IMG/VR virus record: IMGVR_UViG_3300043464_001836
Coordinates: 1 to 32,001 of that record
Length of the DNA stretch: 32,001 bases
Origin: a virus
Taxonomy: Duplodnaviria > Heunggongvirae > Uroviricota > Caudoviricetes
Direction: 5' to 3' (one strand)
The position numbers and the translations under genes were made by a program. Below the pieces are notes generated by a model. That model was not told the origin of the DNA. It worked only from the letters and a program-made list of their open reading frames with translations, and did no database searches. Below are positions 27,151-32,001 of this stretch, one piece after another. How positions within the stretch are numbered: the first letter of the stretch is position 1; every line of letters begins with the position of its first letter.

Positions 27151-27338
27151 TTGTTGTATGAAGTAAGTCTATCCGCTCTAATCTTATTTATAACTTCGAT
27201 TAGATAGTTGGTGAACATTTCACCTGCATTAGTACCAGGAGGAGTTTTAGGAACGTCTCCATTATCTAAAACAGAGTTCCACTGGTTGAAAGCCTCTATT
27301 AGCTCTCTATACGTAAAAATAATCTGTGTATCTAGCAT
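27147..27338 (-). CDS. Hypothetical protein (63 aa)
   Basis: Start moved to ATG 27338, which has GGAG 5 nt upstream; the longer track version overlaps the terminator hairpin. Confidence 0.55.
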   Translation of the reverse strand: MLDTQIIFTYRELIEAFNQWNSVLDNGDVPKTPPGTNAGEMFTNYLIEVINKIRADRLTSYNK

Positions 27339-27353
27339 GTAGTCTCCAGGCAA

Positions 27354-27378
27354 TAATAGCCCCATAAAGGGGCTATTA
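27354..27378 (-). terminator. Hairpin downstream of D11, probable terminator
   Basis: TAATAGCCCC / GGGGCTATTA 10-bp stem with 5-nt loop, 5 nt after the D11 stop; U-tract is weak. Confidence 0.65.
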
Positions 27379-27383
27379 GCTTC

Positions 27384-28031
27384 TTAGTAAGGAATATCGT
27401 CTACTTCTTCAGTAGCGATTGCAGCGGTTACTTCAGCAGGAGCCGGAGCATTGGAACTATCTAGGCTATCTAGGAAGTCCTTCTGTTCTTCCGGAGTTAG
27501 TCGAGGTACTAGCTCGTCGATAGGCTTTGCATTAGCAATTAGTTCACGTTCTTCTTCACTTAAGGAACGCTGCTTGCAGCGTAAAACGCTCAGCGTGTAT
27601 TCTACGTTATACGCTAAAGGCCCATTTTTAGCACGTTTGAACACAATGTCCCAACCAGTATCTGGATCGGTAGGATCACCTAGGTCTTCAGCCGCAGAAA
27701 GAATCTGGTCAAACAGTTTCTTTTTAAGGTTAATCACTACAGGCTTTTTATCTGCCACTGAGTAACCTTGAACTACGTATGCCCAGCCACACTTAAGCTC
27801 AGGGAAGCGCTCGCGAACGTAGTCTTTTTCTTTGTTAGTAAATTTCTCTTTGTCTCGGTCAAAAGCTAGACATTCCATAGGAATTTGTTTGTCTTGCTTT
27901 GCCTTAACCCAGTAAACGTAGCGTGGAATAACGTCACCGAAGATTCGGATTACGTTCTCTCCATCTTTGTACGTGTAGCTTTCGGCGCCTTTCTGTGCGG
28001 TTCCTTTGGTGTCTTTGAATTTTAGAGCCAT
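27384..28031 (-). CDS. T5 D11-like single-stranded DNA-binding/recombination protein
   Basis: PRYVYWVK, CLAFDR.KEKF, LKKKLFDQI..AAEDLGDPTD..TGWD motifs; acidic tail EEVDDIPY. Confidence 0.82.
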   Translation of the reverse strand: MALKFKDTKGTAQKGAESYTYKDGENVIRIFGDVIPRYVYWVKAKQDKQIPMECLAFDRDKEKFTNKEKDYVRERFPELKCGWAYVVQGYSVADKKPVVINLKKKLFDQILSAAEDLGDPTDPDTGWDIVFKRAKNGPLAYNVEYTLSVLRCKQRSLSEEERELIANAKPIDELVPRLTPEEQKDFLDSLDSSNAPAPAEVTAAIATEEVDDIPY

Positions 28032-28381
28032 GATGAGTTTTCCTCGTATTTGAAATGAATGTAATTGTCAGTGATTTGCAATAGTCTATTTTTGGAGATT
28101 TTAACTTTATCGACAGTGTGACTCATAGGTAACCATAAGCCAGCATTGCCTTGATAAGCGTAATCGAAATAGTTTCTAATCGCAGCTAAAAGTATGTAGT
28201 CAAACTTTTCTGCATCGTAAAACTTACTAGCAGCTAAGTCGTGTACATTAAGTATAAAGCTGTTTCCAGCTAAGTTGGAAGGTACTCCAGTGCGAGAAAA
28301 ATCCGTAACTGTTTTAAGTACAGCGTATGAATCGTACTTACACTTGCGGCATACCTTTTGCCAGTCAAAGAAGATTGTCAT
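28022..28381 (-). CDS. Conserved T5-like hypothetical protein between D10 and D11 (119 aa)
   Basis: Begins IFFDWQKV; start set at ATG 28381; syntenic position. Confidence 0.65.
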   Translation of the reverse strand: MTIFFDWQKVCRKCKYDSYAVLKTVTDFSRTGVPSNLAGNSFILNVHDLAASKFYDAEKFDYILLAAIRNYFDYAYQGNAGLWLPMSHTVDKVKISKNRLLQITDNYIHFKYEENSSWL

Positions 28382-28405
28382 ATAGTTTCCCAACCGACAA
28401 GTAAT

Positions 28406-28411
28406 ATTATA
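28406..28411 (-). promoter_or_regulatory. Candidate -10 box TATAAT upstream of the D11 unit
   Basis: Perfect TATAAT in the 55-nt AT-rich gap after D10; no consensus -35 at 16-18 nt. Confidence 0.35.
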
Positions 28412-28436
28412 CAGAGTCTGAATAATAAAATCTTGT

Positions 28437-30833
28437 TTATTTTTTCAAAACCCTTACCTGATAACCGGACTTTAAGTAATGGCCTAGTCTAACAGCAGAC
28501 TGACCCTTAACTGTAGAGCCTTTCAATGAGATATCTAGGATAAGTGGTTGCTTTTTACCGGGTACTTCTCTAATAATTCGTCCAATCAGCTGTGTTAGCA
28601 TAGGCTCATTATTAGTGGGCGTTGCTAGAATTAGACAGCTTAAATCATTTTGAGAAATTCCTTCTGAGAAGATAGACATAGTACCAAAAATAACGTCTAG
28701 CTCTCCTGTACCAATCTTGTTCAGGATACTAGTTCTTTCCTTAATGTCCTTTACTTGACCAGTAATACTAGCTGCTCTAGGTACTTGTTCGGCCGCCCAT
28801 ACTAGAAATTCAACTCTAGAGGCAACTACTAGTACTTTATACCCTTTTGACGCCGCACTAGTGGCTAAGTCTACTATTAATCGCCTATATTCTGGTAGTT
28901 CGTTTTCTAGTTCAGTAATCTTATTAGCCCAATGTTTACCGCCCGGAAAGCGTATATCTGTCTCCACAACAACTACCTGTGGAGTCATACAGTTTTCCTT
29001 GTCTGGCTTTAGAACATGGAATCCAAAGTAGTCATTAAATAGCACATGCTTCATGTCCTTTCTAGTAAGAGTACCAGAGAGTCCAATCTTATAGCGTGCT
29101 TTAGACTTATCTAAGATAGAACTGAATGTGGAAGCAGAGACGTGGTGACAGTTTGATACTAGTACCCCGTTGGCAAAGTATGTATGAGTATCCTCTACCT
29201 CTATATTGAACCTATTGCCGTACATTAAAGTACTAGGCTCAATTGATATAATAGGTCTAGTATAGTAAGGTTTTATATGTTCCTTTATAAGGTCGAAGTG
29301 TTCCTCGAATGGTACATCTGCTAGCATCGGTAGTAAACTACCTAGCTTATACCGCATACAGGGATGTATATACTTAGCTATACTATGTAAAAACTTTCTA
29401 GAGTTATTTGCGTTTAGGTTCAGATAATTAAACCCTCTATTACACGTATATATATAGTACTCGTCTACAAGGTTTAAGTTAATTAAAGAATGTCCCAAGT
29501 TATGTATAGACTCCTCATCCAGTTCACAGAAGCTAAAGGTAACATTGCTTGTAGTACAAGATCCATCATCTTGAAAAATAAGAGACCAGGCTAGCACATC
29601 TAGTTTATTAGCTAGGTCTGCTGGAACTAGTTTTTTGTGTCCACTTACATATAGCTTATCATATAAGCTAAAGGAGTCCTCAAATGACTTAGTCTGTAAG
29701 CTGTATACCTTATTTTCTACTTTATATCCAGAGTGCCCCTCTACAAGAGTAACCTCATTAGAAATTATAGAGGTAATTAGTCTTTCTTTGTAAAGAAGAT
29801 AGTCTAGTTGCGCTTCACCATTAGTAAAGCGAAGGCGAACACTATTATTAGCTTTATTAGCTATAGATAGGTTACCGTCTCCCAGTAAAATACCTAGAAT
29901 TATGGGCAATGAAGACTCTTTTAATGCTAGCCTAGATTTATGCCTATTATTTGTTAGTATTAAATTATCTCCAACTGATAAGTCCTCTGCTTTTACTTTA
30001 CTTATTATTCCATCTTTGCTTTCTATAAAGAAAGAGTGATTATAGGTAGCTTTTATACTGCCTACACTGTGCTTTATTTTAAGACAAGACTCCTCCTTAT
30101 TCTTAAAGAATCTAAGTACTTTTTTATACACCTCTTGATTTGTTACTAAGTCGAAAGACCTTACATGTACAGGTAGTTCCTGGTTTACAATAGTACCTAT
30201 AGACATAGGTCCGTGCTCTAAGGTGTCCACTTGACTGGTGTAGTCTAAACACTCATCTAGTACAATAGTACCAAAAGCATCTGACAAGTCAGGCATACGC
30301 TTAGTAATCGTCTGTACATTACCTACAACGATTATAGGTCTTATATTAAACTTGCCAGTACCGATAATGCCCGCTTCAATACCAAAAATCTTGTCGATTT
30401 CTTCAATCCATTGGTCGCGCAGCATGGTAGTATGTGTTACGATAAGCGTCTTCTGTCCTAGCTTAGCAGCTATAGCTAGTGCTGTGAATGTCTTACCATA
30501 GCTTACAGGAGCATTGAGCATACATGAGTCATTTATCTGGTCGTATACTTCCTGCTGTGAAGGCCTTAATGTACCTCCAAACCTAGGAAACTGCACAGGC
30601 TTGAGAACTCGCTTATCAATAATCTCATAGTCGCTAGCTACTAAATCCATACGACCAGAAGGAATCGAGCATACGTTATCAGATACTCTAGAAAAGTTAT
30701 TAATAGTCTCAGACCGTGTGGTTACCCCTGTCTTCCTAGTTATAACGTACTTTAGCGCTCCCTTAATCTGGTCTAGTTCATCAGGTGTAGACTTCTCTAA
30801 GTATATTCTATTGCTTAGTACTGCCTTTCTCAT
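28437..30833 (-). CDS. Superfamily 2 helicase (T5 D10-like), interrupted by an intein
   Basis: Q motif LRPSQ, Walker A APVSYGKT, Walker B VLDE|CHH split by the intein, motif III GLSGT, motif VI QLIGRIIR; ATG 30833; about 431 aa after splicing. Confidence 0.9.
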   Translation of the reverse strand: MRKAVLSNRIYLEKSTPDELDQIKGALKYVITRKTGVTTRSETINNFSRVSDNVCSIPSGRMDLVASDYEIIDKRVLKPVQFPRFGGTLRPSQQEVYDQINDSCMLNAPVSYGKTFTALAIAAKLGQKTLIVTHTTMLRDQWIEEIDKIFGIEAGIIGTGKFNIRPIIVVGNVQTITKRMPDLSDAFGTIVLDECLDYTSQVDTLEHGPMSIGTIVNQELPVHVRSFDLVTNQEVYKKVLRFFKNKEESCLKIKHSVGSIKATYNHSFFIESKDGIISKVKAEDLSVGDNLILTNNRHKSRLALKESSLPIILGILLGDGNLSIANKANNSVRLRFTNGEAQLDYLLYKERLITSIISNEVTLVEGHSGYKVENKVYSLQTKSFEDSFSLYDKLYVSGHKKLVPADLANKLDVLAWSLIFQDDGSCTTSNVTFSFCELDEESIHNLGHSLINLNLVDEYYIYTCNRGFNYLNLNANNSRKFLHSIAKYIHPCMRYKLGSLLPMLADVPFEEHFDLIKEHIKPYYTRPIISIEPSTLMYGNRFNIEVEDTHTYFANGVLVSNCHHVSASTFSSILDKSKARYKIGLSGTLTRKDMKHVLFNDYFGFHVLKPDKENCMTPQVVVVETDIRFPGGKHWANKITELENELPEYRRLIVDLATSAASKGYKVLVVASRVEFLVWAAEQVPRAASITGQVKDIKERTSILNKIGTGELDVIFGTMSIFSEGISQNDLSCLILATPTNNEPMLTQLIGRIIREVPGKKQPLILDISLKGSTVKGQSAVRLGHYLKSGYQVRVLKK
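29151..30251 (-). mobile_element. Intein (367 aa) with LAGLIDADG homing endonuclease
   Basis: Starts CLDYTSQV, block B ATYNH, HEN motifs ILGILLGDG and LIFQDDG, ends FNIEVEDTHTYFANGVLVSN followed by +1 Cys. Confidence 0.92.
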
Positions 30834-30886
30834 ATAAAGTATACCCACGTTGATGCTAGTACCAGAACAAATGCTATGACAACCAT
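30830..30886 (-). CDS. Possible 18-aa hydrophobic micropeptide
   Basis: MVVIAFVLVLASTWVYFI* fills the gap before D10, and its TGA overlaps the D10 ATG (ATGA). Confidence 0.3.
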   Translation of the reverse strand: MVVIAFVLVLASTWVYFI

Positions 30887-30903
30887 AAATGCTAGAATAG
30901 TAG

Positions 30904-31428
30904 TTATATCATTCTCCTAGTGTTAGGTTTAAGTTCCTCCTCAATACTATATAAAACGTAGCCCTTACCTACATGTAAGAGTCCAGCGTACTTATCTTCT
31001 AACCTTGGGGGTCGGTTTATGTAAAAAGGAGTGTGAATAAATGGAAGATGAATTAAAGCACCAGTATCTAGAAGCGTGAACTTCTTTATTCTATGGTACT
31101 TTAGAGGCACATACATACTTCTAGTGTACTTAAAAACTACACCCTTGCTATCTATATAGGTACTGTATTCATCTATGAACATAAAAATATCTGCATACCT
31201 ATGGATAGGCAAGGAAAGTTTATAAAGCTGGTAGTTTTCGATGCTTGGCGCAGAAGCGTAAAGAAGTCTACGCATTCCCAAGCTGTCAGCTTCAATGCTA
31301 GGTGCGTCAAGGAGCTTAAAGTCCTTGTCCGCATTATTCCTAGCTAGCTTAAAGCCTTCATAGTCTAGAAGCTCTACATTAGGACTTAGTGGATACACTG
31401 GCCAGTTGATTTTCGCCAAAGTAATCAT
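30904..31428 (-). CDS. Conserved T5-like hypothetical protein between polymerase and D10 (174 aa)
   Basis: Start set at ATG 31428 with AGGAG SD; begins MITLAKINWPVYPL; overlaps the polymerase 3' end. Confidence 0.65.
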   Translation of the reverse strand: MITLAKINWPVYPLSPNVELLDYEGFKLARNNADKDFKLLDAPSIEADSLGMRRLLYASAPSIENYQLYKLSLPIHRYADIFMFIDEYSTYIDSKGVVFKYTRSMYVPLKYHRIKKFTLLDTGALIHLPFIHTPFYINRPPRLEDKYAGLLHVGKGYVLYSIEEELKPNTRRMI

Positions 31429-32001
31429 CAAAACACTCCTTCCACTCATCATCCCAAGCGCCGAAGGAGTAGTCATCCCCAATCTCTTGGTCAATCCCGA
31501 TTGGACAGTTTGGGATAGAAAAGCCTCTATCCTTTTGTGTACACTTCGCTAGAATTTCGCAATACAACGCAACGTCGTCAGGATGCACGATTGCTACGAT
31601 TGAGTCGTGTACTAGCATAAAGATCTCAGCGCGCATCTTACGTCTTTTAATCTCTTCCATCATATCAACAGTAGCTAGTAGGTTAATGTCGCTGCAGAGT
31701 GCCTGGACGGCCGCATTGGTCCCACTCCTGATTTCGTGTGCAGCGATTCCTTTGTCTGGGCTAAAGACATTTTTTAGTCTACGTTTACGTCCAAAAGAGG
31801 TATAAATAAAACCCTTAGACTTAATCTCAGCTTCTACGCTTTTTAGCCACTTTTTCAATGAGCTGTACTTTTCAAAGTACAAGTCAATAGCTTCCTGAGC
31901 ATCTGATAAGGTGAAAGGGCTCTCAGAGTCTTTGCTTACGGTGTCAGACACTTTTGAGGCTCCGGCTCCGTATAAGATAGAAAATGTGACCGCCTTAGCA
32001 G
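31379..32001 (-). CDS. Family A DNA polymerase, C-terminal part (5' end outside the window)
   Basis: Reading from the window edge gives AKAVTFSILYG (motif B), TSFGRKRRL, TNAAVQ and LVHDS (motif C). Confidence 0.93.
   Translation of the reverse strand, partial: AKAVTFSILYGAGASKVSDTVSKDSESPFTLSDAQEAIDLYFEKYSSLKKWLKSVEAEIKSKGFIYTSFGRKRRLKNVFSPDKGIAAHEIRSGTNAAVQALCSDINLLATVDMMEEIKRRKMRAEIFMLVHDSIVAIVHPDDVALYCEILAKCTQKDRGFSIPNCPIGIDQEIGDDYSFGAWDDEWKECFDDYFGENQLASVSTKS

Noticed and set aside
19177-27765. Plus-strand ORFs inside the replication genes (19177, 19750, 24551, 26876, 27451)
   Set aside because: Antisense to clearly recognisable enzymes, with no independent evidence.
1-32001. tRNA, rRNA, integrase or att sites
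   Set aside because: The window is almost fully coding, and I recognised no cloverleaf or recombinase motif. A covariance-model scan would be needed to exclude small RNAs formally.

Overview
Fragment of a lytic tailed-phage genome with two convergent gene blocks. The + strand (1-17651) carries a late operon: a lambda-type tail tip (gpL C-terminus, gpK, gpI, a 2620-aa gpJ-like central fibre), a side fibre, two tandem paralogous lectin-like fibre genes resembling the RcGTA head-spike fibre GhsB, and a lysis cassette (three membrane proteins, overlapping spanins, M15 endolysin). The - strand (17821-32001) carries a T5-like replication/recombination block: family A polymerase C-terminus, D10 helicase with an intein, D11, a zinc-ribbon/PD-(D/E)XK/GNAT-like mobile endonuclease, D12/D13 (SbcD/SbcC-like), D14, D15 flap endonuclease, a LAGLIDADG-dUTPase fusion and a class II ribonucleotide reductase. 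The blocks meet at a bidirectional terminator followed by a 4 x 17-bp tandem repeat and a 9-bp palindrome. Best leads: the paired fibre genes, where near-identical DNA blocks bracket a variable domain (possible domain-swapping cassette); the endonuclease-dUTPase fusion; the nuclease-GNAT protein; and the junction repeat. Family names come from motif recognition and memory, not database searches; all counts are manual.
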